Source of the DNA: Candidatus Aminicenantes bacterium
GTDB lineage: Bacteria; Acidobacteriota; Aminicenantia; Aminicenantales; Saccharicenantaceae
Length of the DNA stretch: 64,000 nucleotides
Direction of reading: 5' to 3'
NCBI GenBank assembly: GCA_963807525.1
Contig: CAWECI010000025.1
Location: 26,062 to 90,061 of the forward strand
Part shown: piece after piece, positions 36,818-47,504 of the stretch
Position numbering within the stretch: the stretch's first letter is position 1
How the letters are laid out: every line of letters starts with the position of its first letter
Made by a program: the position numbers and the translations under genes
Notes under the pieces: model-generated
Told to the model about the DNA's origin: nothing
The model's input: the letters and a program-made list of their open reading frames with translations, nothing else
Databases searched by the model: none

Positions 36818-38230
36818 ATGGCTAAAGTCCTGATCGTCGACGACGACCCTCTCGCCAGGGACTCTCTGGCCCGCATCGTCAAGAAGATGGGCCATGAAGC
36901 CTCCGAGGCAGGGTCCATCAGCGCGGCCCGGGAGCATATCCCGCACGAGCCCTTTGACCTGGTCTTCTGCGATGTCCGCATGCCCGACGGGTCCGGCCTC
37001 GACATCCTGCCCGAGATCCGCGCTTCGGCCTCCGCGCCCGAGGTCATCATCGTCACCGGGTTCGGCGATCCCGACGGGGCCGAGCTGGCCATCAAGAAGG
37101 GGGCCTGGGATTACATCGAGAAACCGCTCTCCGTCAAGCCCGTCATGCTCTGCATCGAGCGGGCCCTCCAGTACCGGGAGAAGAAGCGCGCCTCCTCCCA
37201 GCCGGTGGCCCTCAACGTCGAAGGCATCGTCGGGACGAGCCCCAAGCTCAGGGCCTGTCTTGATATCCTGGCCCAGGCGTCGAAGAGCGAGGCCAACGTC
37301 CTGGTCACGGGGGAGACGGGGACGGGCAAGGAGCTGTTCGCCCAGGCCATCCACAGGAACAGCGGCCGGTCCAACCGGAGCTTCGTCGTGGTCGATTGCG
37401 CCGCCCTGCCTGAAACGCTGGTCGAGAGCACGCTCTTCGGCCACGTCCGGGGCGCCTTTACCGGCGCCGACAAGCCGCGGGACGGGCTGGTCCGGCAGGC
37501 CGACGGCGGCACCCTCTTTCTCGACGAGATCGGCGAGCTCTCCATCTCCATCCAGAAGGCCTTCCTGCGCGTTCTCCAGGAGAAGCGGTTCCGGCCGGTC
37601 GGGGGCGGCCAGGAGGTCACCAGCGACTTCCGCCTGGTCGCCGCCACGAACCGGCACCTCGAGGATCTCACCAAGTCCGGAGGGTTCCGCGAGGACCTGT
37701 TGTTCCGGCTGCGGACGCTGGTCCTCGAGTTGCCGTCGTTGCGGGAGATGAAAGAGGACATCAAGGAGCTCATGCTCCATTACATCGTCCGCTTCTGCGA
37801 GCAGTACGAACTGCCCGTCAAGGGCTATACCCCCGATTTCCTCGACACTCTTTTGGCTTACGAATGGCCCGGGAACACCCGCGAGCTCATTCAGGCCCTG
37901 GAGAAAGCCGTCATCAGCGCCAAGGAGGAGCCCGTCCTCTTCCCGAAGCATCTGCCCGACCATATCCGCATCCATCTGGCCCGGGCGGCCGTCCTCCAGA
38001 AGCGGACCCCGGCGCCGGGTCTCTTGCCGGGCCCGTCGGCCGCAGCCGACACCTCCCTCAACCTCAAGGATTTCCGGGAGGCGGAGCTGGCCAGGATCGA
38101 GAAGGACTACCTGGCTTCCCTGATGCGCCGGACGAACGGCGAGGTCGGAGAGGCCTGCCGGATCTCGGGCCTGTCCCGGTCCCGGCTCTATACCCTCCTG
38201 AAGAAATACGGGCTCAAGCCCTCCGGTTGA
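36818..38230 (+). CDS. sigma54-dependent response regulator (NtrC family: REC-AAA+-HTH)
   Basis: 470 aa; receiver domain with DDDP...D; Walker A GETGTGKE, GAFTGA motif (sigma54 contact), C-terminal Fis-type HTH. Confidence 0.85.
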   Translation: MAKVLIVDDDPLARDSLARIVKKMGHEASEAGSISAAREHIPHEPFDLVFCDVRMPDGSGLDILPEIRASASAPEVIIVTGFGDPDGAELAIKKGAWDYIEKPLSVKPVMLCIERALQYREKKRASSQPVALNVEGIVGTSPKLRACLDILAQASKSEANVLVTGETGTGKELFAQAIHRNSGRSNRSFVVVDCAALPETLVESTLFGHVRGAFTGADKPRDGLVRQADGGTLFLDEIGELSISIQKAFLRVLQEKRFRPVGGGQEVTSDFRLVAATNRHLEDLTKSGGFREDLLFRLRTLVLELPSLREMKEDIKELMLHYIVRFCEQYELPVKGYTPDFLDTLLAYEWPGNTRELIQALEKAVISAKEEPVLFPKHLPDHIRIHLARAAVLQKRTPAPGLLPGPSAAADTSLNLKDFREAELARIEKDYLASLMRRTNGEVGEACRISGLSRSRLYTLLKKYGLKPSG

Positions 38231-38322
38231 GTTTTTCCGCGCTCCGCCGGTCCCAATAGGCTTCAGGATCATCCTTTCCTGTCAGCCCTTCGCCTGGACC
38301 CTGCCTGGAGGGGCCGCGGTCT

Positions 38323-38337
38323 TGGCACGAATCTTGG
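38323..38337 (+). promoter_or_regulatory. sigma54-type -24/-12 like element TGGCAC-N5-TTGG
   Basis: TGGCACgaatcTTGG read directly, ~190 bp upstream of hybrid HK start, next to sigma54 activator; -12 is TTGG not TTGC. Confidence 0.35.
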
Positions 38338-38526
38338 TTAAAGTTTTGGCCTTAGGGCGAATGCCTGCCCCGAGCGAGTGCCATGAACTTGTTCTTCTTG
38401 ACCAGGGGATGCGGAGAGCCGGCCGGAATATTCCTGGCGGAGGCGACCCCTCTTGTCCCGGAGGACAAAGCCGATGGCCGGGGCGGGCCCTCCGGACGGG
38501 AGGAAAGTCCCCAAAGGGGCCGGAAA

Positions 38527-40082
38527 TGAGCGGCGTGGCTGAAACCTCCGCCGGAGGCCCCGGGATCAGAGGCTCGCTCGGACAAGCCATTTGGCTGGCC
38601 GAAGCCATCGAGCAGATCGCCGAGGGGGTGGCCATCCTGGACGTGCGGGGCCGCATCCTCTTTGCCAACCAGGCCTTTTCGACCCACCATGGGATGCCCC
38701 GAGACAAGGTCTTGGCCAGGTCGATCGTCGAGATCCTGGGGATCGAGAAGGACGAACAGAAGGCCTGGCTGGCCGAGGCCCTCGGGTCCTCGCGGGCCTG
38801 GAGCCTCACGGTGCGTGGGGCCGCCAACCAGGTCCGCGAGCTGTCCATGACCGTCTATCCCATCCTGGATGCCTCGGGCCGTCTTGTCGAAGGCGTGGCC
38901 ATCGAACGGGACGTCACAAGGGAAGCGCTGATCGAGGGCCGGCTTAGCCAGTGGCAGAAGATGGAGGCGCTGGGCACGCTCGCCGGGGGCATCGCCCACG
39001 ATTTCAACAGCCTCCTGCTGCCGATCCAGATCAACGCGGAGCTGATGCTGGCGGCGGCGAAGGCGGGCAGCCCGGAGGCCAGGCGCTTGTCCCAGATCCT
39101 GGACGCCGCCCGCCGCGGCCGGGACATGGTCGGGCAGATCCTGGCCTTCGCTCGGCAGAAAGACCAAGACCGCCGTCCCGTGGACATCGCCGCCGTCATC
39201 AGGGAATCCCTCAAGCTCCTCCGCATCTCCATGCCCAAGACGATCACCATCGCCGAAAAGATCGACGTTCCCTCCGCCTACGCGCTGGCCGATCCCACCC
39301 AGATCGGCCAGGTCCTGATGAACCTGGGCAGCAACGCCGCCCACGCGATGCGCGACCGCTGCGGGACTTTCGAGGTCAGGTTGGCCGAGGTCACGCTCGA
39401 CGCCGAGGACGCCGCTCGGTTCATCGGCCTGAAGCCCGGCGCCTATCTGCGCCTGACCGCGTCGGACACGGGGCCCGGCATGCCCCCGGCGATCCTGGAC
39501 CGGATCTTCGAGCCCTTCTTCACGACCAAGAAATCCGGCGAGGGGTCGGGCCTGGGATTGAGCGTTGTCCACGGCATTGTCAAGTCCCACGACGGGGCCA
39601 TCGCGGTGTCGAGCGAGCCCGGCCGGGGCACGAAATTCACGATCCTTCTTCCCCGGATCACCCCGCCCGCCCGGGGCTTCTCGGAAAACTCCGTCGACGT
39701 CCCTACCGGGAGCGAGCGGGTGCTGTTCGTCGACGACGAGATCCTCCAGGCCAAGGCTATGAGCAGGCTGCTGGGACACTTAGGGTATCGGGTCACCGCC
39801 TTTACCGACCCCGTCGAGGCCCTGGAAACCTTCCGACGCGACCCCACGGCCTATGATCTGATGATCCTGGACCAGACCATGCCCCGAATGACCGGCGGCG
39901 AGCTGGCGACGGAGGTCCTCAAGCTCCGGCCGGCCTTGCCGATCATCCTCTGCACGGGCTTCAGCGAAGGCTTGAGCGAAGGCCAGGCCGCGGCCCTCGG
40001 CATCCGGGCCTTTCTCTGGAAACCCTTCTCGTTGAAGGAGATCGCCCTCATCATCCGTCAGGTCCTGCAGCCGAAGCTCTAG
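38527..40082 (+). CDS. hybrid sensor histidine kinase (PAS-HisKA-HATPase-REC), cytoplasmic
   Basis: H-box GIAHDFNSLL, N/G-box motifs, C-terminal receiver domain with D in MILDQTMP; start placed at ATG 38527 rather than track 38322. Confidence 0.75.
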
Positions 40083-40324
40083 GTCCCGGACCGCTCATTC
40101 CCGCTCGACAGGACGCATTCTCGCCGATTTGGATTCCAGGCGGCCCGATAGGAGTCGAGGGCTCACGGCCGCCCCGGGTTTCGAGGACTTTCTCCCTGCC
40201 CAGGGTCGGCTGCGAGGCTGGCACGTTTCTTGTAAGTTAGGGGGCGTTCGCGAGAAGTCGTGTCAGAGAGGAGGTGCTGGATGGCGATCGTCCGACCCAG
40301 ATCCAGCCCGCCGGGAGAAAAGCC

Positions 40325-40441
40325 ATGAAAATGAAGATCAGGAGCGCCAACGGATTGAGGGTCTTGATCCTGGTTTCGCTGGCCCTGGGATTTTTGCTCG
40401 GGAAACGAGTCGCCTCTACGAAAGTGACCGAAGCCAAGTAA
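40325..40441 (+). CDS. 38-aa small hydrophobic protein (MKMKIRSANGLRVLILVSLALGFLLGKRVASTKVTEAK)
   Basis: below ORF-track size cutoff; single TM/signal-like helix; stop 13 nt before next gene's GTG; speculative. Confidence 0.2.
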   Translation: MKMKIRSANGLRVLILVSLALGFLLGKRVASTKVTEAK

Positions 40442-40454
40442 GGAGGAGGGTGCC

Positions 40455-40790
40455 GTGGATGGGAGATGCCCGTTCTGCTGGAATCGGAACGTGGTCCCCG
40501 TTGGCCAAGCGCGGACGGGCCCGGGGGGTCCGTCCGCCTCGCGCGTGCTAATGGAGTGCGGCGACTGCGAAAAGTGGTACTGGGCCGATTCAGGCGAGGA
40601 AGTCGTACGGCTCTTCGAGATCTGCTCGACGTCGATCGTCGACCCCAAGAGCTGTCTCGAGGACGTCCGCGAGGTCTTGAATTCCGGCGGGACGGGATTT
40701 CCCCGCCGGCGCACGGCGGAGTTCAACCGGCTCTGCAGCGATTGCCTGAACGCCAGGTTCGTCCAAAAACGATCGGTCGCCCATGCCTAA
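40455..40790 (+). CDS. small Cys-rich zinc-ribbon-like hypothetical protein
   Basis: GTG start 5 nt after AGGAGGAGG; CPFC...CGDC...CSDC. Confidence 0.35.
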   Translation: MDGRCPFCWNRNVVPVGQARTGPGGPSASRVLMECGDCEKWYWADSGEEVVRLFEICSTSIVDPKSCLEDVREVLNSGGTGFPRRRTAEFNRLCSDCLNARFVQKRSVAHA

Positions 40791-40838
40791 GATAGCGCTT
40801 TGCTTTTGGCCCAAAAACGTGGATAATAGCCCATCGTT

Positions 40839-42074
40839 ATGGGCAAAACGAAAAGCGAACGGGCATTAAAAGGGGGGACGGCGTCCCTCCTCCTTCTTTT
40901 ATTCCTTTCTGTCGCGATCCCCGGGTGCCAGAAGCCGGCGGGGCCCGGTCCTCAGGCGAGCTCGCCTCCCGCGGCTCAGGCCGAGGTTCTGAGGCCTCAA
41001 AAGGCCGAGTCCGGGCTCGACCGCCTGTTCTATCACATCGGGGGGTTGCCGGACCCGGCCGGTCGGCCCTGGCCCGAGGAGGCCTCCTGGTCCGCGTTCG
41101 CGGAGCTGGCCGGCCGAGAATGGGCCAATTTCGACGGCACGGTCCTTGGCCCCATGAAGAACTGGGCCTGGACCGAGCTCCGTGACGCCAGGGCCGGGAC
41201 GCAGTCGCTCTTCTATCCGTTCGGCGGGCCTGATTTCGTCACCGCCTACACGCTTTTTCCCGAAGCCAGGGAGACAGTACTGCTCGGCCTCGAGCAGGTC
41301 GGGAACCTCCCCGATCTCGAGGGCGCCTCGCCAGCATGGCGGGAAGCCTACTTCGCCGACATGAGCTTTCTCATCGCGGAATTCTTCAAACGGGGCTACT
41401 TCATCACCAAGGACATGACCGACGTCTACGGGCGGGGCAAGGTCGATGGGGCCCTATCGATCATCGCCTTCTTTCTGGCTCGGGGTGGGTACTCCGTGGT
41501 TGAGGTCACTCGCCTAACCCCGGACGGGCAAGGCGGCTGGAAGGAGATGCCGTACGAGCGTCTGACGTCCCTGCCCCACCGACCCTACGGCGCCCGGATC
41601 GCTTACCGAAAGTCCGGCGACCCCGAGGTCCGCAGCGTCGTCTATTTCTCCTGCGATATCGAGAACAAGGCCTTTCCGGCGGGCTCGCCTCTCCACAAGT
41701 ATTTCGCCGGGCTGGAAGGGACGACGACCTTCGTCAAGTCCGGCTCCTACCTCCTTCAGTACACCGATTTCTCGATCTTGAGGGACCTCATCCTGGACCG
41801 CAGCCTCTATGTCCTCCAGGATGATTCGGCCGTGCCGTATCGGTACTTCAAGAACGGCGGCTGGGAGATCAAGCTGTTCGGGCAGTACGCGGCGCCGATC
41901 AAGGATTTCAGCAACAACGTCGAGCAGTCGGACCTCAAGCAGGCCTACGAGGCGGACGGCGCGGCCGTGGCGCCCCTGCCCTTCAAGTTCGGCTATCACT
42001 GGCGCACCCAGATCGATAATCTTCTGCTGGCCAAGCGGCCGCAACGCCCCGCCAAGACGCCGGTCCCGCGCTGA
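40839..42074 (+). CDS. lipoprotein of unknown function
   Basis: 411 aa; signal peptide with lipobox AIPGC; no recognisable catalytic motif. Confidence 0.5.
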   Translation: MGKTKSERALKGGTASLLLLLFLSVAIPGCQKPAGPGPQASSPPAAQAEVLRPQKAESGLDRLFYHIGGLPDPAGRPWPEEASWSAFAELAGREWANFDGTVLGPMKNWAWTELRDARAGTQSLFYPFGGPDFVTAYTLFPEARETVLLGLEQVGNLPDLEGASPAWREAYFADMSFLIAEFFKRGYFITKDMTDVYGRGKVDGALSIIAFFLARGGYSVVEVTRLTPDGQGGWKEMPYERLTSLPHRPYGARIAYRKSGDPEVRSVVYFSCDIENKAFPAGSPLHKYFAGLEGTTTFVKSGSYLLQYTDFSILRDLILDRSLYVLQDDSAVPYRYFKNGGWEIKLFGQYAAPIKDFSNNVEQSDLKQAYEADGAAVAPLPFKFGYHWRTQIDNLLLAKRPQRPAKTPVPR

Positions 42075-42087
42075 CCTGCATATCCTA

Positions 42088-42116
42088 TTGACTGAGACCC
42101 GTCCGGATCTTACAAT
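42088..42116 (+). promoter_or_regulatory. sigma70-like promoter TTGACT-N17-TACAAT upstream of ORF 42154
   Basis: hexamers read directly. Confidence 0.45.
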
Positions 42117-42153
42117 CCATCTCAGCTCCAAGGAATGATAGGGGAGGGCAGAC

Positions 42154-42513
42154 ATGAATCCTCTAACCATTAGGGATTTCGATCTTTCCGGCGACGCCCG
42201 GCCGATCGTCGACGCCTGGGCGGCGGAGAACGGCTTCCGGCTTATCGATGGGACCGGCCCCGCCCGGCTGTTCCAGAAAGGCCATGGCTTCTGGACGGCG
42301 CCGGTCAGGCTGGCTATCTCTCAGGAGGGATCGAAGGTCCATCTGGAGGCTTGGATACCCATCAACCTTTTTGTGAGGGCGATGGCTCTTTTTATGCTTC
42401 CCAGGCAAATGGCCCTGGAATCGGGCGGTTTTCGCGGGAGCTTGCCACGCAAGATCGGCCGCCAGGCCGTGAACAAGCTCTTGGAGAAGCTTTCCCAGTC
42501 GCCGATCGCTTAA
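42154..42513 (+). CDS. hypothetical protein
   Basis: 119 aa ORF with GGGGAGGG RBS; no recognisable domain. Confidence 0.35.
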   Translation: MNPLTIRDFDLSGDARPIVDAWAAENGFRLIDGTGPARLFQKGHGFWTAPVRLAISQEGSKVHLEAWIPINLFVRAMALFMLPRQMALESGGFRGSLPRKIGRQAVNKLLEKLSQSPIA

Positions 42514-42572
42514 CGGCTCACGGGCCTTCCGGCCCGATCAGGCATGACGAGGACGAGCCGGAAAAAGAGGGT

Positions 42573-44558
42573 TCAAGCTGAATCACGTTGATTCCTTTTA
42601 TCGACGAAGAAATGCACTTTGCATGATGCAACTTGATCAAAGGAAGTCCTCGAAAAGCGATCACCGAGGATCTGCGTAGAGGCGATACCCGCCATTGCCA
42701 TGGCCTCAACCTCGCTGACCCTTTCCCTGGACTTTGCCTTCTCCATCAGGGAGAAGACCTTTCCGGGGTCGAAAACGGCCTGGCGCTTGATTTCCGATTC
42801 AGACAAGACATGACGGCCATATTCGGTGCCGGCGAAGTGCAGCAAGCTTCTGTGAACCGGGGCTCGATAAGGGTGCTTCGTCCGCGTTCGCACGGACTCG
42901 GGAATGATCCCCTTCAAGGCCTTCTTCAATATGAACTTTTCGTTCAAGCCAAGGATCTTCCAGGTGGACGGGATGCGGCCCGCAAACTCGATCAGCCGCT
43001 TATCGAGGAAAGGCATCCGGATCTCAATGGAGTGGGCCATGGCCACTCGGTCCCCCTGCGACGAAAGCAGGTAATTGCTCAAGAATATGCGGGCCTCCAG
43101 ATACTGAGCTTTAGAGAGTGCATCAAGATCGCTGAAATCCGGCGGCAAAAGATCGAGGGCTTGACCGATGGCATCATAGCCGTCCAAACGAGCCGCGAAG
43201 TCAGGAGAATAGAACTGCTTGACGCGGGACGTGTTCCTCCAGCGGACCTTGTGAGAAAAGAAAGGATCGGCGGACTTGTCGATGTCCTGGGCGAAAAAAT
43301 AGGGAAGGGCTCGCCGGGATTCTGGGTCGCGGAAGATGTCCGGATAAAGCCGCGTGAATAATCGCGGCCGGCAATGAGACCGGGGCTGCCGGGCGCAAAA
43401 AGCCCGGATCCGGGTTTCCTTAAAAATATCGTAGCCGCCAAAAAACTCATCCGATCCTTCTCCCGTCTGGACGACCTTGATTCCGTTATCGGCCACGAGT
43501 TTGGAAAGAAGGAACAGGGGAACAGGGGCCGTCCTCAGCAAGGGCTTTTCACAATGCCAGATGACGTCTTCAAAGGCGTCCCCGATGGTCCGGTGATCCG
43601 CGACGATGTCGTGGTGTTCACAGCCGAGATAACGGGCCATTTCGCTTTGATGGTCGCCTTCGTCATAGCCTTCCTCTTCGAAACGGACGCCGAATGTTTT
43701 TAGATGAGGATTGATCTCGCGCGCGATGACGGCGCTGACGGCCGATGAATCGAGGCCGCCGCTCAAATAGGCCCCGACAGGGACATCGGCTCTTTGGCGG
43801 ATCCTAATGGAGTCTATAAAAAGGTCCCTGATGTTCCGGGCCATGTCTTCCGGCGAATCCCGGGAGTGTTCTGAAGGCGGGAAAAAGGGCAAGTCCCAAT
43901 ATCGGCGGGCGCGCCTTTTCCCCTTTTCAATGAGCATCGTAGTTCCTGGTTCGAGCTCCTCGATGCCCTGGAAAGGGGTCCGCCCCGGCAAGGTCGACCA
44001 GAACGTGAAGACTTGGTCCATAGCTGGCGGATCGATGCGGGGGGATATTGAAGAACCCGCGAAAATGGCTTTCATTTCGGACGCGAAATAGAAGCGATCA
44101 TTTTCCGAAGCATGATAAAGCGGGCGTATCCCGACGCGATCCCGGGAGAGCATGAGAAGCTCTTTTTTTGAATCCCAGAGCGCAATGGCCCATTGGCCGT
44201 TCAGTTCGGAGGCCATCTCCTCGCCGCGTTCCTCATAAAGGTGAATGATCACCTCGGTATCGGACTTCGTCGAAAAACGATGTCCGCGGCTCTCCAATTC
44301 CTCCCGGAGTTCGAGATAATTGAATATTTCTCCGTTGAAGACGATCCAGATCGTCCCGTCCTCATTGCTTATCGGTTGGCGGCCGCTGGCCAGGTCGATG
44401 ATGCTCAGCCGCACCTGTCCTAGGCCGATCTTATCATCGAGGTAGATCCCGTTTTCGTCCGGGCCCCGATAGTGCATGCTGGACAGCATGCGGATCAAAG
44501 GCTGAGGCTCCGGATTGGCCGATGGTCCCGACGATAAGATGCCCGCGATCCCACACAA
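42573..44558 (-). CDS. asnB: asparagine synthetase (glutamine-hydrolysing)
   Basis: 661 aa; N-terminal MCGIAG Ntn nucleophile; PP-loop SGGLDSS; lower GC than flanks. Confidence 0.85.
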   Translation of the reverse strand: MCGIAGILSSGPSANPEPQPLIRMLSSMHYRGPDENGIYLDDKIGLGQVRLSIIDLASGRQPISNEDGTIWIVFNGEIFNYLELREELESRGHRFSTKSDTEVIIHLYEERGEEMASELNGQWAIALWDSKKELLMLSRDRVGIRPLYHASENDRFYFASEMKAIFAGSSISPRIDPPAMDQVFTFWSTLPGRTPFQGIEELEPGTTMLIEKGKRRARRYWDLPFFPPSEHSRDSPEDMARNIRDLFIDSIRIRQRADVPVGAYLSGGLDSSAVSAVIAREINPHLKTFGVRFEEEGYDEGDHQSEMARYLGCEHHDIVADHRTIGDAFEDVIWHCEKPLLRTAPVPLFLLSKLVADNGIKVVQTGEGSDEFFGGYDIFKETRIRAFCARQPRSHCRPRLFTRLYPDIFRDPESRRALPYFFAQDIDKSADPFFSHKVRWRNTSRVKQFYSPDFAARLDGYDAIGQALDLLPPDFSDLDALSKAQYLEARIFLSNYLLSSQGDRVAMAHSIEIRMPFLDKRLIEFAGRIPSTWKILGLNEKFILKKALKGIIPESVRTRTKHPYRAPVHRSLLHFAGTEYGRHVLSESEIKRQAVFDPGKVFSLMEKAKSRERVSEVEAMAMAGIASTQILGDRFSRTSFDQVASCKVHFFVDKRNQRDSA

Positions 44559-44633
44559 GGGCCCTTCTCCTCTTCTCCGTAGAACGTTAGACCATTGTTC
44601 GATTCGGGATCATCCGCCCATGCGCCGCTCCGG

Positions 44634-45456
44634 TCAGAAGCCGAACGTCAGAGTCGTCCCGAATACCAGGACGCTCGCGAGATGGCCATTGATGTTATAC
44701 GAATGTCCTTCAATCGTCCTCCTGGCTGCCGCCGAAAGAGGGAAGCAGAATTGGGTTCCGGCCTGTAGGCCGAGGTTCTTGGCCAAGGGGATCGTCAGCC
44801 CGGCCTTGATCACGCCATCGTGGAACGCCCGGTACTTTTCTCCCGCGTAGCCTCCGGCGCTAGGCAGGTAGGTCCTCCAATAATCGGCCGACCCCGAAAA
44901 ATAAGCGGCCGACGCGCCGAGGTCGAGGGTTATCCCCCTTTTCAAGGCCACGGAATGGGCCAGGGACAAAAGGAAATAGGTTCCCGGATACGCGTCGATG
45001 TCCCGGTAGATCGTCAGGGTCGGCTTTCCCGGGACGGCCAGGCTGGCACCCACGTAAAGCTCCTGCGTTTCGGCCGTGTATTTCGTTCCGTAATAAATGA
45101 AGCCGGCCGTTAGGCCGAACCTTCCTAAACTGTGCGTATAAGAGAGCGTCAGGTCGGTTTCATTAAAGCTCTTCCGGCCGGGCCTGTCCGGAACGAAACA
45201 GGGCGTGGCCTTTTCCCTCATGTCGATGTTGCCCCAGAATGCGGCCGAGAATCCCCGGTAGGACACCGATAGAGCGGGCTCGAAAACGATGCTGTCCCGG
45301 CCGAGCCGGTATCCCCGGAAGATGTAGCGGTTGAAGGTTCCGAGAGACAAGCTCCCCGTTACCGCCTCCGGACCCGTCTCGCCTGACAGGGCAACGTTCA
45401 GAGCGAGCGACGCGAGGAGCGCCAGGCCGGCCGAGCCCAGCCGCTTAGGTGCCTTC
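44634..45456 (-). CDS. outer-membrane beta-barrel protein (porin-like), unknown substrate
   Basis: start MKAPKRLGSAGLALLASLALNVA (signal peptide); alternating amphipathic strands; C-terminal ...TLTFGF. Confidence 0.5.
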
Positions 45457-45489
45457 ATGGTGGCCCCGTCTATAGACTCCTGGTCAAGA

Positions 45490-46785
45490 TCAATCGGGCA
45501 TATACGCTTCTTCCCCGTGGAGGACCGTATCCAGGCCCATGTTCTCCTCTTCGGCCGTGATCCTGACCTTGGTGATCTTATTGATGAGGAACAGCGCGAC
45601 ATAGGTAAAAATGAACGCATAGGCGCTGAAGCCGAGCACGGCCACGGCCTGTTTGAGGAAAAAGGAGGTCCCGCCCAAGAGCAGGCCATTGGCCCCTCCC
45701 GGGTTGACCTTCATGGTGGCGAAAACCCCGAGGAGCAGGATGCCGAGCGTGCCTCCGACCCCGTGGACGCCCCAGACATCCAGGGCGTCGTCCCAACCCA
45801 TCTTGTTCTTCCAGGATATCGCCGCGTAGCAGATGATCCCGGCGGAGATGCCGATCAGGGCCGAGACGGGGACGGTGACGTAGCCGGCGGCCGGAGTGAT
45901 GGTCGCGAGGCCGGCGATGGAACCCGTCAGCAATCCCAAAAACTTGGGCTTTTTCTCGAAGACCCAGGCCATGAGCAGCCAGGTGACGGCGGCGAACGAG
46001 GCGGCGGTGTCCGTGTTGAGGAACGCCAGCGACGTAATATGGTCGACGCGGAGCTCGCTCCCGGCGTTGAATCCGTACCACCCGAACCACAGCAGCCCGG
46101 TGCCGAGCGCGACCAGGGGAATGCTGTGAGGGCCTTTCTCGCTGACCTTGCGCCGGCCGACGAAGAAGACGGCGGCCAAAGCCGCCATGCCGGCTATGGC
46201 ATGGACGACGATCCCTCCCGCGAAGTCCAGGACGCCCCATTTCTGGAGAAGCCCTCCGCCCCAGATCATATGGACGGCCGGAAAATAGACGAAAAGCAGC
46301 CAGACCGTCAGGAACACCATGTAGGCCGTGAAGCGGACCCGGTTGGCGAAGGCGCCCGTGATCAGGGCCGGGGTGATGATCGCGAACATCATCTGATAGG
46401 CGATGAATACGAGGAGCGGGATGTTGTTGGCGGGAGATAGAACCATCTCAGGCGTCACCCCGTGCAGGAAGGCCATCTTGAAATTCCCGATGATGCCGCC
46501 GACGTCGCCGGAAAAACACATCGAGTAGCCGACCGTGAACCAGATGACCGAGGTCCAGCCCATGGACAAGAAGCTCTGGATCATGATCGCCAGTACGTTT
46601 TTCCGGCCGACAAGGCCTCCATAAAAGAACGCCAGGCCCGGAGTCATGAGCATGACCAGGCTGGTCGCCAGAAGCATGAATCCCGTGTTGCCCGTGTCGA
46701 ACATCTCAAACACCTCCTCATAAGATGCGCCGGGGGCGCTCAGGAAGGCATTTGAAATATAGGGCCGGACCGGTAGGGGAGGCAA
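45490..46785 (-). CDS. amt: ammonium transporter
   Basis: 431 aa; Amt signature FDTGNTGFMLLATSLVMLMTPGLAFFYGGL...; alternative start at 46704. Confidence 0.85.
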   Translation of the reverse strand: MPPLPVRPYISNAFLSAPGASYEEVFEMFDTGNTGFMLLATSLVMLMTPGLAFFYGGLVGRKNVLAIMIQSFLSMGWTSVIWFTVGYSMCFSGDVGGIIGNFKMAFLHGVTPEMVLSPANNIPLLVFIAYQMMFAIITPALITGAFANRVRFTAYMVFLTVWLLFVYFPAVHMIWGGGLLQKWGVLDFAGGIVVHAIAGMAALAAVFFVGRRKVSEKGPHSIPLVALGTGLLWFGWYGFNAGSELRVDHITSLAFLNTDTAASFAAVTWLLMAWVFEKKPKFLGLLTGSIAGLATITPAAGYVTVPVSALIGISAGIICYAAISWKNKMGWDDALDVWGVHGVGGTLGILLLGVFATMKVNPGGANGLLLGGTSFFLKQAVAVLGFSAYAFIFTYVALFLINKITKVRITAEEENMGLDTVLHGEEAYMPD

Positions 46786-46856
46786 TCGGGGAAAACGGAG
46801 GTTGTCGCTTCGAAAACCCTGACACCCCGGCCGGGAGATACGGCCGGGCCCGAGCC

Positions 46857-47504
46857 CTAAAGGGAGGTGATGCCTTCCCGGATGGCGTACTTGGTGAGCT
46901 CGGCGACGCTGTGGATATCCAGCTTCTCCATGATCTGGACCCGGTAGGTTTCCACGGTCTTGACGCTGACCCCAAGGCGGGCCGCTATTTGTTTGGTGGA
47001 CAGACCTTCGGACAGCGATTGAAGGACTTCCCGCTCCCGGGGGGTCAGCACGGAAAAGACCCCGGAGTCCGTCTTCTCGAGGTGACGGATATAGTCCTTT
47101 ATCACCAGGTCGGCTATGGCCGTGCTCAGGTAGCTCGCTCCTTTCATGACGGTGCGGATGGCGGCGGTGAGCTCATCGAAGGCCGATTCTTTCAATAAGT
47201 AGCCCACCGCTCCGTTCTTGAGCGCCTCGGCGATGTAGCGGCCGTCCTTGTGCATGGAAAGGGCGATGACCTTCACCCGGGGATTCGCCTCCAGAATTCG
47301 ACGGGTGGCATCGATGCCGTTCAGCCCGGGCAAGGAGATGTCCATGATGACGAGGTCAGGAGAGAGCTCCGCGGCCAAGCGGACCGCAGACAGCCCATCA
47401 GAGGCCTGTCCGATCACTTTAAAGGCGTCGTTTTTTTCGAGAAGGCTGCGCAGGCCGTCCACGATGATCTTATGGTCGTCGGCGAGGAGAATGCGGACGA
47501 TCAT
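46857..47504 (-). CDS. NarL/FixJ-type response regulator (REC + LuxR HTH)
   Basis: 215 aa; ILLADDH...D; C-terminal LuxR-type HTH (LTPREREVLQSLSEGLSTKQIAARLGVSVKTVETYR). Confidence 0.85.
   Translation of the reverse strand: MIVRILLADDHKIIVDGLRSLLEKNDAFKVIGQASDGLSAVRLAAELSPDLVIMDISLPGLNGIDATRRILEANPRVKVIALSMHKDGRYIAEALKNGAVGYLLKESAFDELTAAIRTVMKGASYLSTAIADLVIKDYIRHLEKTDSGVFSVLTPREREVLQSLSEGLSTKQIAARLGVSVKTVETYRVQIMEKLDIHSVAELTKYAIREGITSL

Noticed and set aside
42573-44558. asnB homologue as lasso-peptide macrolactam synthetase
   Set aside because: No adjacent transglutaminase-like B protein, precursor peptide or ABC exporter. The gene sits in an amt-containing nitrogen operon, consistent with a genuine asparagine synthetase.
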